Assembly (NCBI GenBank): GCA_002633005.1
Contig: NMRA01000024.1
Location: 1,269,903 to 1,333,902 of the forward strand
Reading direction: 5' to 3'
Source of the DNA: Phoronis australis
Taxonomy: Eukaryota; Animalia; Phoronida
DNA: 64,000 bases
Shown piece after piece: positions 10,281 through 22,952 of the stretch. The notes beneath the pieces were generated by a model. The model was not told where the DNA came from. It saw only the letters and a program-made list of their open reading frames with translations, and ran no database searches. The first letter of the stretch is position 1. Each line of letters begins with the position of its first letter. Position numbers and translations under genes: made by a program.

Positions 10281-13123
10281 TCACGCACGTGAACACTGCG
10301 GAATATCTGGCAACGAATGCAAAACATTCACACAGAGGAACGTGGGGGCTAAGAACACTGTAGAGGCACATTCGTTCACCAAGCTGAAATAGGTCAAGGT
10401 TTTTTGTCCTTCTGATGCTGCGACGGTCGCCAAGGCAGCTCGCAAGTAATTCATCACGAGAGTCATTGTAATTATCGTGAAAATCTGCAAAATATGAAAA
10501 AGGTACTTGACGTATACTTCAGATGCACGGCATATGTCATTCAATGAATCGTTAAAACTAAGTCGAAGTTTATGTGCAGGCTCCTCTTGCATTCAGGTTA
10601 ATCACTAACTATGTATTGAGGGTTACATAAGGTTTTTACAAACGAATTCTTCCCAACTGATTTGATGTGATGTAGATTTCAATTTTATAGTCTTGTACGA
10701 TAATTTCACGCTTTTTTCTTCGGCGATAGAGGTAGATACCTGCAAACTGAAACTCAAATCACTGAAAGGATACAAACTCCTGCTTTGGATGATCTCAACC
10801 AAAACTGTGTCTGTCACCTGTAATCGTACGATTTAGTGCACTTACCTGACACAGGAACACAGTAAGTACATTTGGTCGACTTCGCGGGCTCCGCCGGGAC
10901 CAAACAGACAAGACATCTGATTGGTTCTTGATGACGACTTCCGGCTGACAGGCCAATCAAATGTTTTAGTTGTTTGAACCTGTGGAACCCGCGAAATCAA
11001 TCAAGTGCAAACGTTGTTGGGTTAGTTAGTTGGAAATGGGGGGTCTTTCGAAACAGCCGTCGATTAAATTACCGAATAGTTAATGATAATTGAGCAGAAT
11101 CTGTAAGGAGTTTCCTACAAGGTTTGAAAGGTTTGAGAGTTGTCAAATGTTGCAAAGTCTTATTTGTTTCATTGCTTTTTGATTGATCATGGTAAAACAA
11201 TGTTTAGTATAATACTTCTAACGCCATTTTGCACTTGTTGTCTGTTGCTGAGACAATCTGTCGTCGGAAAGAAAAGGATTCACGTTGATTTAGGTTGAGC
11301 TCTGCAAATAAATCATTTTGCTACTGTCAGTTTTGAGCACTTTACAATTACGGCGTGTCATTTCATTCGCTGCGGCAGGTCTCAAAGCACCAACATCAAA
11401 TAGTCGGTTGATCCCTACCCTAGAAACCAAGATTTGAAGCCGGTTTTCAAGGGGCATGTAAAGCGAAAACTCGCAAAATTACCGTTTAAACAGATTTTGG
11501 AGATGCTGATGTGACAGTTATTAGTTTTAGTTTTGTGTGATTCAACAGGCGAGAGCAAAATAACGCAAAACTGGTTGTAGCACCACTGTAAGACACTTGC
11601 TTTATAAGGAATCAGTTTTTGGACGTTTCAAGTGTCTGGCGGCCTCGTGACTAAAGTCAGCGATATTTTTTAGGTTATCTGATGTTAAAACCATGAGGGA
11701 AGTTTTTGTTAGTTCAAAGGGGAAATTTTTTACCAAATGAGGGGTATTTAACGTGATTTTTTAAAAACATTTTTGAGAGGAGAATCGGGCTGATATTCGG
11801 CCCCAGTTTGGTGGAGGAATCCAGGGTCCTGCTTAGTTTGAAAAACGCCATACTCACAGCTAGACTGCTCCCAACTTCTGGATTGGTGCCTACAAAAGGC
11901 GGCGATGGACTCATGGTGGCTGTCACGCACACATACAGAGAGAGCGTGAGAAAAGCGCAAAATGTTATTGTCAGAGACAACAAGGATTTCATAGGCAAGG
12001 CAGTGTGAACCAAAGAACCTAAGGGCGACACAATACTAGACACACGACTCGCTATACTGTAGGTAAACGGTCCGTAGGGTAGTGTCGCGTACGTCATCAA
12101 GGCGCGTGCTACGCCACTGCACAGACCTTTCACCACAAATATGTATAACATGATTAATACGGATTTGCGTGATAACGTGTTTTCAGGCAAGTGTTCTGGA
12201 GTCTTTTTATCACCTCCAAGAATTGGCGATTTCTCGTCTTTGTCTACATTTGTGGCATCACTTTTTCCATTCTCTGTGTGACCTGTTTTTGACGATTCTT
12301 CTCTGTCTCTTTCACTGACGAAAGCTTCATTGACTATTGCAGTGCTTTCTTCAGACGCAGATAACGATGAATGGTTATCACGAAGGAAAATGTGAAAAAC
12401 AAGACAAACCGCACAAAATGCAACACAACCTGCAGCCAATGCGAAGTATGCTTCAATCGAAATCGACAATGTTTTGTGCACAACGTCCACAGAACTGTGT
12501 TCAGTGATGGAGGAACGGTTGCTTTCCGAGTCGTTTGCTTGACCAAACTGTTCCATATTTGTGGACTTTCCATGTTTAGGCCTATAAACACAATCAAATT
12601 CACCACTTCCCTGGAAGAGTGCAATACATCCAAAGACTGTGCAACCAAAAGTAGCTCCAAAATAAAATACGGACACACTCTTTTCCACTGGCAATGTACC
12701 GACATATGTCAGTCCCCAAATAAATTCGAATGATCGAACAAAAACCAATGTTACGTAAATGGATTGGAAAACAATGCTATATTCCTTCCCATTAATGTCA
12801 GTTCTTGTATTCCAGAACATGATAAGAACCACCAAAAGAAATATCTTGACGATTTGCAGGATGACCAAGGCCAGCGGTCTGTTCCCGCTTCCAACTTCTG
12901 CACGTGGTGTGCACTTGTATTTCATTACCAGAAAATAGACCGTCGCCACCAGAGGCATAACAGTCGCACATTCCATGTTGAGTGATCCAGGTAACGCCCA
13001 GTACTCCGGTAGTCTCTGAACGAGAACTGGTGCCTCGGCCGTAATGGCATCTTGTATTGCGAACGAGGCAAATCCAATCACAATACTGAAGAACAGCAAA
13101 TCATAGTTTTTTTGGTGTCTCAT
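10281..13123 (-). CDS. Divergent SLC52 family (riboflavin transporter RFVT-like, DUF1011) multi-pass membrane protein, 2 exons, ~489 aa
   Basis: Exon 1 is 13123-11858 (1266 nt; donor GCT|gtgagt). Exon 2 is 10484-10281 (204 nt; acceptor ttttgcag|ATT, stop TGA). Both are phase 0. Motifs EAPVLVQRLPEYWALP (cf. ELPxLVxxLPEGWxLP), ALFQGSG (cf. ALxQGVG), YATLPYG (cf. YSCLPYG) and MSPSPPFVG (cf. SPCPPL), plus many hydrophobic helices. Confidence 0.88.
10868..11008. repeat. ~140 bp palindromic (MITE-like) element in the SLC52 intron
   Basis: catttggtcgacttcgcgggctcc pairs imperfectly with ggaacccgcgaaatcaatcaagtg; the inner tgattgg and ccaatca arms also pair. Confidence 0.6.
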
Positions 13124-13562
13124 GGCAGATTTCTTTTTTCAGTGATTAACCGATTTCTCTTGCTCAAACTCGTATCACATTCGTAAAGGACAGCGACAAT
13201 GTCCAGTAAACGTTCCAGATGATACAACACTACTTCAACGGTTACAAAAGATCGACGAACCAGTGTCTTTGTCCCCTGTTACCACGTGAACGCAAGGTCG
13301 TTACAGACGGATGGTTGCGAGCTGAGCAGCATGTGTGGCCTGGCGAAATTCACCTCACGTTTCCTGTGTACTCCGAGCGAGAAAAAATGCTCACTGGCTA
13401 CCTACTAGCCTACAGTGTAAATGTAGGATGTACGACTTAACAATGGGCCAGCGAGAGAGATTTGTTTTTGTCGGCCGGGGTGATGCAAAATCAATTCATT
13501 CTTGTCATGGAAGATGGTTTTATAGCGGCTTTAGATTTCATTGGTTACACTTGAGTTGCAAT

Positions 13563-13722
13563 GCCGGCGTGCGTTCAGTAGCGGCTAGGACCTACGCTAG
13601 GACTTAGCTAAAGCGTAGCCAAAGTCACGTGCTCTCATTTAAAACGCACGGCAATATTTCATGTAATCTCGCGAAGTCTTGCTTTTTAGCGAGGTCCTAG
13701 CGTTACTGAACGGGAGGCTGGT
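13563..13722. repeat. ~160 bp palindromic (MITE-like) element upstream of the SLC52-like gene
   Basis: cgttcagtagcggctaggacctacgcta and tagcgaggtcctagcgttactgaacg form an imperfect inverted repeat. Confidence 0.6.
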
Positions 13723-14044
13723 ATCAAGCTGGGTACATTCCATTGTTATTTAATGGTCTGATGGTTCAGAAAAGGCTAGGTCAATAATTCAACTACGTTG
13801 TGTTTGAAATACCACAGGCATCGGAGATGAAAGGATGGGCGTGGGGGTCACAAAATGAGTCAAATGCATTGGTCGCGTTAAATAGCGGAGTTGCAACCGA
13901 ATCGATTTAACGATTGCGCATGTCTGGAAATTAGGGTGCGCAAAGGCTATTGGGATTGATTAGGGTATATGGAAAGGCCGATTGGTTTGCACTACGACGT
14001 GTAATTTTTGTGCATTAAACTACTCTGCTATATGTAATTCTGCC

Positions 14045-14340
14045 GCTATTCGCCCTAATAAGCGCCCATGCCCCAATAAGTGCCCCAACTCGTTTTCAGC
14101 GCACGGCCCATGAAAATGCCTTACCTACAGTTCTAACGTCTCCAATTTATCAACTGAAAGATCCGACAGTCCTGAATTTGTAGACCACGAGCCTCACCGT
14201 TATGTCCCTACACACTTCAAACTTACGCCGCGATTCAAAAAGAACGCAGAAGTTTTGCTGCTCTTGCGAGGGATGTGGCCCACTATGCGGGTCTGGACTT
14301 TAAAAACAGACACAGCGTACTTGTCAGCGGGATTGCATTG
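14045..14340 (-). pseudogene. HIRAN-domain-like coding remnant adjoining a transposon-like end
   Basis: CNPADKYAVSVFKVQTRIVGHIPRKSSKTSAFFL matches the HIRAN NxxDxxAV...VGHxP pattern. The region ends near ctattcgccctaataagcgcccatgccccaataagtgcccc, which has repeated AATAAG(C/T)GCCC units resembling subterminal repeats. Confidence 0.55.
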
Positions 14341-15439
14341 TTTCTTTCCGGAACAGATCTTCTCCGGTCTCAACAGGAATCCAAACTTCTTTGTACACGT
14401 GAAAACCGTGAATCGAAGACTAATAAAAAACTCGACCAGTGTTAGCACGCGGCCACGAAGTGCGCGCTGCATAATGTACCAGCTGTCATCGAAGACATTT
14501 AGTCGGGAACTATCTATTCATGAAACGGGTAACATAGCATCGGTAAGAAATAAATATTGGCACTAATTTCCAAGTTTCTAATAACGTAAAAAACTTTTGC
14601 ATTATTTTTAAGAGAAATTATTTAACTAATCATAATTGGAATTTTTAAAGTCAAATGACCCACTGATAGTGAATACACCCCAAATCTTCCGGAAAATAGC
14701 TGTTACCCTACGGTCACGCATCCACTCACCCGGCTACTCAATGAGTGACATATCGGTCTTACCGAAAAAATTCTAGAACGTTTTTAGCAGATGAGGCCAG
14801 CAAGTGCTAAGCTAAATATTAAAGCTCTGCTTGACTGCTTGAGTTAATTTCTTTGGATATACAAAGCACACCTAGATCATTACATCGCATTTACTCTGGC
14901 AAATGAACTCTGATGACAAGCACACGCACGCTTACTCTCAAACACACGCATACAAACTTCACAACAAATGTCACGTGACAACATGTGTGTTCCTCCAGAG
15001 ATTTTTCTCGCGTTGCGGGCTACAATCTAGCGCAGATTTGGACTTAATCTGCAGTTAATCCAGACTCCACAAGAACTTAAAAATCTTAGAGACGCTATTT
15101 GGAAAACTTGAGGAGGATTTCAGGAAATTTGTTGAGTCGAAGCTGTATTCTTATTCAAGAATTCAAGCCCTATCGACGATTGCGAGACCCGCAGCTACGC
15201 ATTTGTCGGCAAGATTTCGCCCTGGGATTTCAGCACAACTTTCTGAAAAATGATCGTAATTTAACAACGAATTTTGATAGCAATGCACTACAATTTTGTA
15301 GAAAGTAAATAACAATATTCTGCACGCTTTATCTTAGCGCGTTAATGCATAGTGTGCGTACGTTAAGTGAGTTGACCCAGAACAGGTGATTGTGCAGAGG
15401 CATTATTCTCCGAAATTGCTCATGTTGGCTTGGTTCTGG

Positions 15440-15920
15440 TCAAGCGAAAACAAGTTGTTTTTTACTACCAACCGCCGTGGAGTATTTGTCACTGTTTCTT
15501 TGAAGGGAGATATTGTTAGGCAGATACGTTTTCAAATGCACTGATAAAGAACACGGCGCTTTTGAAATGTTATTTTTCATGACAAAATTGGAGGACTTCC
15601 AGTTCCCATACGAATAATGACATCGAGGTAAACACGGGCTTACAAACTTTAACATCACCCCTAATGATTTTCTTAATTTCGCGTTCGTCCTCGAAGTAAT
15701 TATTGTAAAGTACCTTTTTGGTCACACCAGTAGGACGTGCAGTGGATTCACAATTACGTTTGGACGTGAATCGACTAATATGACGGTCTACAAAAACATT
15801 GGTGTAGCCATTATTCACCAGGTTTGTCTTGTACTATCTACCTCTTGATTGAACAAGAGCCAGTTAGACGACACCAAAGACGCACTCCGATGTAACTATA
15901 AACTCTGTGTTTTATAAAAT
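15440..15920 (-). mobile_element. Penelope-like retroelement fragment (region between RT and GIY-YIG)
   Basis: Broken frames give SSNWLLFNQEV...NNGYTNVFVDRHI, EDEREIKKII and KSSNFVMKNN, resembling the C-terminal linker of Penelope-like ORFs. Confidence 0.55.
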
Positions 15921-18783
15921 CTGTTCTTAATGAAATTTTTCTTCCAATTTGGCCCTCAACTTTTTTTCATATGCTGTCTTGGTAACAGGCGGCGTCACAT
16001 TCTGTACCGGAGAGCACGGAAATCCTTGTCGTCACTGTTTTATGCGTTCCGTATCGAGACACTTTGTCCAGTACCATACCTCCTGCTGTGTTACATGTAC
16101 GTGGTTGCCTAGTGTCAGAACTACGTTCGGGCATCATGGAGTTGTGAAGCCCCGATGATGCATTGATTGCATGATATGCAGCCATTGATGTACTTTTCAG
16201 AACAAATAGTTCGGAATCTGCTACAATGCATGACCGAATTAAACACAAAGTACCGTCACAATAATAAAAAGTATGTTGCCACAGATCCGGGATGCCATCA
16301 TTTATTTTTCATGCAAAACTTAATCACATAAATAAGCAAAATCACAATGTGGTTAAGCATGTATAGAATTTCTGGCTGTTCTATATTGCTTTCTCAAGTC
16401 TAATCGTCCACTTGGTTCAGTTTTGCATTTTCTGTTTAATATTTTTTTCGGGAAGAGTGTACTGCACAGGTCCATATTATTTCAACCATAGATACATAGT
16501 GAATCTCTATCTGTGTGATCACAACCGCTCAAACTGTCACGTGACATATCACCATACGTGTACATTGCAAACGAAGCATGTGATAACACTACCTTTACTG
16601 GTGATGTCTTTCGTCTACGGAACACAACTCTGGGCAAAAACCATGGCCGAAACAATAGAGAGAAATGGTACTGTGATCACGTGTTTCGCTTGTAATGTAT
16701 GGCGAAGATTTGCGTGAACTCTGTTTTCAATGAGAGCGCGGATTTTAGCTTGGTTTTTCTTGCCAAGAGGCAGTTTCTGGATTCTACGCTGGCTTCATTA
16801 CTGATGCAAGAGAAACAGTTGCGAGTTACGAAATACCACATCTCCAACCATTTTAATTATCTTCTGCCGTTGCACACTCATTTTCACGAGCCATCTCGCA
16901 GCAGCGATCTTTGTTCTTTTGTTCTACATGTATGTGCATAATCAAGTTTTCAGCTAGGGTCACTATCTTGTACTGTGTGTGTATTGAAAAAATGTATTTT
17001 CAGGTGTCACACGCCGCCCTTGCCGTGACATTCACGACTTGTTTAAAATAAAATATGGCGTCCTCAAAGGTTTTCGTCGACGTGCTCCTCCATGCAGGTG
17101 TGACCTTCTCTATGCACAGGCATAGTAACTCCAACGAACCTCTAAAATAACACCGCTCGGCAACTATTACAGGTGAGTCCCTATTTGGGACCGTTTCATG
17201 CAACCGGGCACTATTCTCTTTCGAAATTGTTCATTGTTCCCAAGTGAATGCTTCCAAGAGGAGTCCCCAGGGGGTGTCTTGGTAAAAAATTATGGTGCTC
17301 TTTGCAAACTTGTATTGCCACCACCACCTCACTGATTTAGCATTTATGGGCTTAAGCGTATGGTGTAAAAGAAATATTTCACTTTGTTGGCAGTGGTGTG
17401 GTGGTATGACTAGAGGTGTTAGACAACGTTACTGTTGAAAGTTTTAAGAAAATATTGAGATCTTGCCGATTTCACATGTACCAGACATGCAAAAAAATCT
17501 CAAACGAAACGTGTGGGGATTTTTTCGAACACCGTCTCCCAATACGCTCCGGTAGTGTCTTTTTCTTGACTGGGGGTTGTCTCTGAACTCTCTAGATGAT
17601 ATAATAGTTTGATTTTGTTGATCAGTTATAAATTTAACCCGTGAGAAATGCACGACCCAGAAACGAGTATCTGGGACCTGTTTCACGAAAAGTATAAATT
17701 TGATGTTCTGGAGTGGAGCTTGAATTCGCCAATGTTTTCCATAATGGTTTGCTCTTCAAGTTATCACCTTCATAAAAAAATATTCTGAAGCCTGTTGAAA
17801 AGGGTACCAAAACGTTTGAATTGTGATCTCCATGGTTACAATTATGAGATGTGTAATCTCGGAATAATTATAAATCTTGGTATTAAACCATAGGGCAATT
17901 TCGATCACTCCTAGAAACTACAGATGTATTTTACCTTCCGTAAGCCGAACAACTTCTACCTTTTAAGACTGCTTTGCGTTAGCTATTTGCTCGCAATGAC
18001 TACTCCGGTTGTACAAGTGCAACACCACAGTGTGTTAGCTAAAACGTGTTACTGGCTGCGATGATCGAAATTGACTTTCACAATAATTTTCCAAATTCAA
18101 CAATTGCATGTCAGTTGGAAATATATCTTTAAACTTTCAGGAAATCTAAGACTGCATTTAACTAACAACATCTGTCATGGTTTCGGAGAATATCGTGTAA
18201 CCTCAGGCTTACAGTTTCATTTTAAACTAATCTGACATTTCTCAGATATGATGGCCCAAAGTTTGTCAGTTCAACATTTTCATGGACTTTTGACATACTT
18301 TTGCGATCTTTTGGCGCTGCAACACAGATTTTTATAAATCAAGTTATGTAAGAAACTACTGTAACGGGTATAGAACGTGCCTTTCTCAAATGAAGCACCT
18401 CAGCAAAAGCTCAGTTATTCCAATGGGAACACTGATTTGAAGTCGTGACGTTTTTCCTGAACTATAATATTGTTATCGTCGCCACAATCAAGCTGCTGTG
18501 ACTAATTGTAGAGACTTGAGCTTGTATTATTCGCTATTTTGGATGCAAATATTGGCAAATATGAAAGTTCAATTTACCTGCAGCACTTGCATTATTCACC
18601 ATTTTTTATTCATTTGCCCCTATCTGTTCATGTATCGGAAACAAAAGATATTAAAACACACGAAGGGATCTACGACGACCAGCATCAGGGAATCCGGCAC
18701 TCACTTGCAGCTAAACACAAATCTACGGTGGCTGGGAAAGGATATGGTAATTTACTTTTTTCTAACCCGAGCACCCGACTTAA

Positions 18784-20797
18784 AGGAGAATGCCACCCGA
18801 TTTAATTAGTCTTTTTTACCGTCTTAATCGGTCTATATCCACATCGCCTCTTATACGGTCGACCTCACCATGCCGAGAGGTGCCGCGTTAACCTGTGAGG
18901 AAGGTGAGAAACGTCGCAGCGACGTCAGTGGTTCGTCTGCAGAGTGAATGCTGCTATATTGCGGTGCATCGTTTCCGCTTGTCGGAATTATGAAGCTGCG
19001 AAGAAAGCGGGTATACTGTTTTTTCGACTTCCTCGAGAGCCCGAAATGCTTAGGAAGTGGCTCGCGGTAGTGAAGAATGTTACGCTGTTATAATAGCAAG
19101 TATGAGGCCGTGAAACATCTCCGTGTAAGTGGCCGGCATTTCGTCGACAGTGATTTCTCTGACGAATTCCGACTTACCAAAGAACTGTCCATACGTTCCT
19201 TTGCCTGTGCATGTTCACGGCACCTCTCTAGTATTTCTTGATCAGTGTACTCCGGTTCGCACTGATAGCCTGTGAAACCTAAGGATCCGACCAGTGATGT
19301 CTTCGTCGGATGAGCTCTTGACTAAGTCGGGATTGGCGCCGGGCGAGTTCCCATCTAGACATTTATTATTCGCGTTCTGTTTCAAAATGAATTATTCTCA
19401 TCCTAACTAATGCTTATATAAAACTGAAACAAAATCTGTCTCATTAGATACAATTTGTAATGCCTTTGCAGTCTTCGTGAGTGCAAATGTTGAGAAGTCA
19501 GACCGGGATCCCAAAGTTTTTTGGGCATGAAAGGTAACCATTTTTCTTTGGTGCCAGAGTTCTCTGTGGATATCCTGATGCTTGAAAATGGCCGTCTGGG
19601 AGGTTCGCTTTGGTGGGTGTGGTCGAGAGAGCCAAGAGAATGACACTCAAAAATTGAGCTAGATCAACTTTTCTGGTAACTGCTTAAAACTGCTTTCGAT
19701 ACCTGCTACGTCACCCATTGTATCAAAATTGGTCACTGCCAGACAATTTCTGTGGTTGGGAGTACCCGCCAGACGAACATATACAGGTACAAAAATTGAG
19801 CTAGATCAACCCAAGAGGTAACCGCTTAAAACCAGTCGCAAAATATTCACCATAAGCCCAGGTATCACGAATGAACACTGCCAGACCCCCCCCCCCNNNN
19901 NNNCCAGACACGCCCAAATACCAGAATTGAGCTAGATCAACCCATCAGGCAACCGTTTGAAACCAATTGCAAGATGTTCAGCATCACTGAACATGGCACA
20001 GCAGTTAGATGCCAGACAACTTCAGTGGTGGGGTGCCCCTGCCAGACGATTATCAAAAAGGGTTAAAAATTGCATTGTTACTGTACAACCTTTGCCCTGG
20101 CGGTCTGTGGAAGGGGAACCAGACTTCGTGGCCCCCGACAAGTAAGCAGATTTTCAGTTTCGTGGCTAATTTACATAATTACGTGCACATTATTTCTTTG
20201 GCTCACTATTATAGTCTTTTCGTGACTGGAGGTTTAGTTTCCAACTCTGGTTTATGTTCGTGCCAGTCCCGGCGGCCGAGACGGGCCTGATCGAGTTCAG
20301 AGCCACTGGCCGGGATAACAAGCGTTTTGTGTCTTTAGAACTCAAAAAATCACAAATTTAAACAACACAGATCTAGGTTCACCTGTCTGTATTTCACGGA
20401 AGAATACTTCGAATTTATCTCCGAACAGACCCCAAACTCCTGCTACGGACCTTGGTAAATTGGCCTGCCGAACTTTGTAGGCTACGGTGTGTCCAAATAC
20501 CAATAAATTCGTAACAGCGAAATAAAACAGCACGTTTTTATAAGAACTCGGTGTATTTTTAAGGGTTTTACATCGAAGTTTGATGATTTGTTGGTGTAAA
20601 GCGATAAGCTGACACCAGTAACCCGTGTTGTAAACTGGTGAACAGACTGCGTGTGAAACCAATGACGTCATTGGATAATTTCAACACCTCCGTCAGCCTT
20701 CAGATGTCAGGTAACGCAACCGAACGTGCCATTATCGACTAAAACTACTCGATCTAAACTGATACAAAATAGGTTGTTTTTTGGGTGACATTCTCTA
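18784..20797 (+). mobile_element. Non-autonomous Kolobok-like DNA transposon with decayed THAP domain
   Basis: TTAA at 18780-18783 and at 20798-20801. The ends aggagaatgccacccga and ttgggtgacattctcta match as inverted repeats at 17/21 positions including TTAA. Internal THAP remnant RCIVSACRNY...FFRLPREPEMLRKWL...LRVSGRHFVDSDF at ~18962-19160, with stops and a frameshift. Confidence 0.65.
19645..20050 (+). repeat. Three degenerate ~130-145 bp tandem units
   Basis: aattgagctagatcaac recurs at ~19652, ~19794 and ~19925, each followed by ggtaac(t/c)gcttaaaac-like and gccagac motifs. Confidence 0.7.
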
Positions 20798-22952
20798 TTA
20801 AGGGCCGAGCGCTTGAGTTATTTTACGAGCATGAAAACGAGGCTGATCTCGAACATGGAAGCTGCTGTTACGAATTTCTTTCAGCAAAATTGAAATATGC
20901 ACTGTTTTCAAAGATTCTGTTAAGTCGTAAATGAGCGGCAGTTACGCTGCACGCCGTTTTCCTGCTCAGCTAGGAGCTAGGATATGTTATAAGTAAGGAC
21001 TGCGTGAGTGTTTTTGAAGCATCTTGTAAATCCTGAGGATCTGGAGCTGAGAAAACGCAGATTTGTTTGACCGCGATATAATTCCAAAGGACCGATAGAT
21101 TCGTCCGACAATTTAAAATTGGCTTGCATTAATCGCTACTTTGATGGGTTTTCAGTGGCGGACTAAGAGGGGGCCAAGGGGGCCATGTGCCCCCTAAAAT
21201 TCTCCCAGATTCCAGTTGGCAGTTTGGGGTGAGAATGTCTGACGGGCAAAATCCTGGCTAATAGTCTGCCCTGTCCCCCCAACTCAAAATCCTGCATCCA
21301 CTCCTGCTTTTTGCGTCATATTTGTATGTTGCAAGCAAGTACCACAGACAGCGATCCTGTGGTCATAGCAGGATACGTTGTGCAGGCAGTTGAAAACCAG
21401 GACGGTTGCCCGAAAGTCGTTTGAGCTGACCATGGAACTGAAAATGGACATGTTAGGGGTTTCCAAACGTTTTTGATGGAGAGCTTGTCTATTTAGTTGT
21501 AGCTGTTCCCCAAAATAATATCTTGGCGGGAAGTGGTGCACTTTAAATGAATCAGTGACTTTACAGGTATTATTTCTCAGGTAAAGAGGACTTAAAACTG
21601 GCGTCCATCTTACATTTCAATGACTGCATAGTAATAGTTGTCCTTAATACACTGCAATCTCAACCCTGACAAGGCGTTACGATTATTTATATCTGACGGA
21701 GTCGACTGACCGTGGACAGAACCCACAGGTCGTGAAATAGATAATCAAAATGCCAGAACAAAACGATTGCAAACGAGCTTCATACCTGCTATCATTTTTA
21801 CACAACTCATCGTGGTAGGCATCATGTAGGACTTGTTATCTCTGATGATGTATTTTCCACCAAACGTGTTGAGAAAATGAATTTAACCTTTTGTAAATTT
21901 TTAAGTGTTGGGTGCATTTTGTCTTTGATTTGGCTCTCAGACTTTGACGTCTTGAAACCTCATGTAGCACTGTACCACCACTATTTCGGTTCAGTGTTTA
22001 AGTGAAACTACATTTTAGTGTTTCTAGGTGTCCACAAAATGTACTCACACTTAACGCAACGCCAGTAGTTTCCATTCAGTTAACAATTTCACATTTGGTC
22101 CTTCTGGTGATTCCTTCTGGATACACCAATGCAAATATCCTTGTTCCGTATTTAATAAAAAATGCATTTGTTACCGTTTGAAATCAATACATTTTGGGGC
22201 ACCTTGAATATGATAACACTGTGAACCGCCCAGAGTTCTTAATTTATTCCAGCTGAAAGTTTTAAGGGTTAGTCTAATTTACAAAACTGTTATCATAAAG
22301 ACTACAGCTTTCTTTATTTTTGTTTAGAAATTTGTCAAAAAACTGAAATGACTTTGATATGTTGTTGGCTAGACGGGGGAAACTACCACAATCGTCCAAC
22401 GCGGTCTGAGCGCTAATGCTCGGATAAACATCCAGTTCCATTGTCTTGAAAATTTTAATCACGTGCTCGGCTGGTCTACGCAATATTTTTGCCATCAGTG
22501 CTTGAACATCAAGGATTTGTTTTGACATGAACTCATTCAGTTTGTGCTGAAGTCACTGAGTAGGCCCCAGTCAGTGTTGGAAATGACGAGCAAATCAGTT
22601 CTAAGACATAGTTCTAGCTTGAAGTATGCTACTTTGACTTGACCAAATTAGCGCTACTCGGGACTTTAAAATGTGTCTGTCTAAAGTTTGCAACCCGAAG
22701 ATTCGAAATATTTAACAAAACGTCTGCCGCACAATTTCTATAGACTGTAAACTATCGAGTTATAAGTCGGGCGCTGGAGTACGGAAATAATGAATTAGCG
22801 TGTCCTTTCCCAGCCACCATACAAACGTACAACGCACTTGTTTGTTACTGGGTATTCAATAGTCGACAGCATCCTAAATCTAGCATTTGTGACGAGTGGT
22901 CTCTTTCGAAAACTTCACATTTGAGCAAGTGAGATACCTGTCGCTCGGAAAG

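Noticed and set aside
11714-11857. C-terminal 47 aa of the 469-aa ORF (VSMAFF...KFPL)
   Set aside because: This is read-through into the intron after donor gtgagt; the real C-terminus is exon 10484-10281.
19645-20050. CRISPR-like repeat-spacer pattern
   Set aside because: The spacers are >110 bp and homologous to each other, there are no cas genes, and the context is eukaryotic: it is a degenerate tandem repeat.
20342-20671. 109-aa minus-strand ORF as the Kolobok accessory protein KolX
   Set aside because: It lacks the Cys-rich motifs I would expect, and no recognisable homology was seen.
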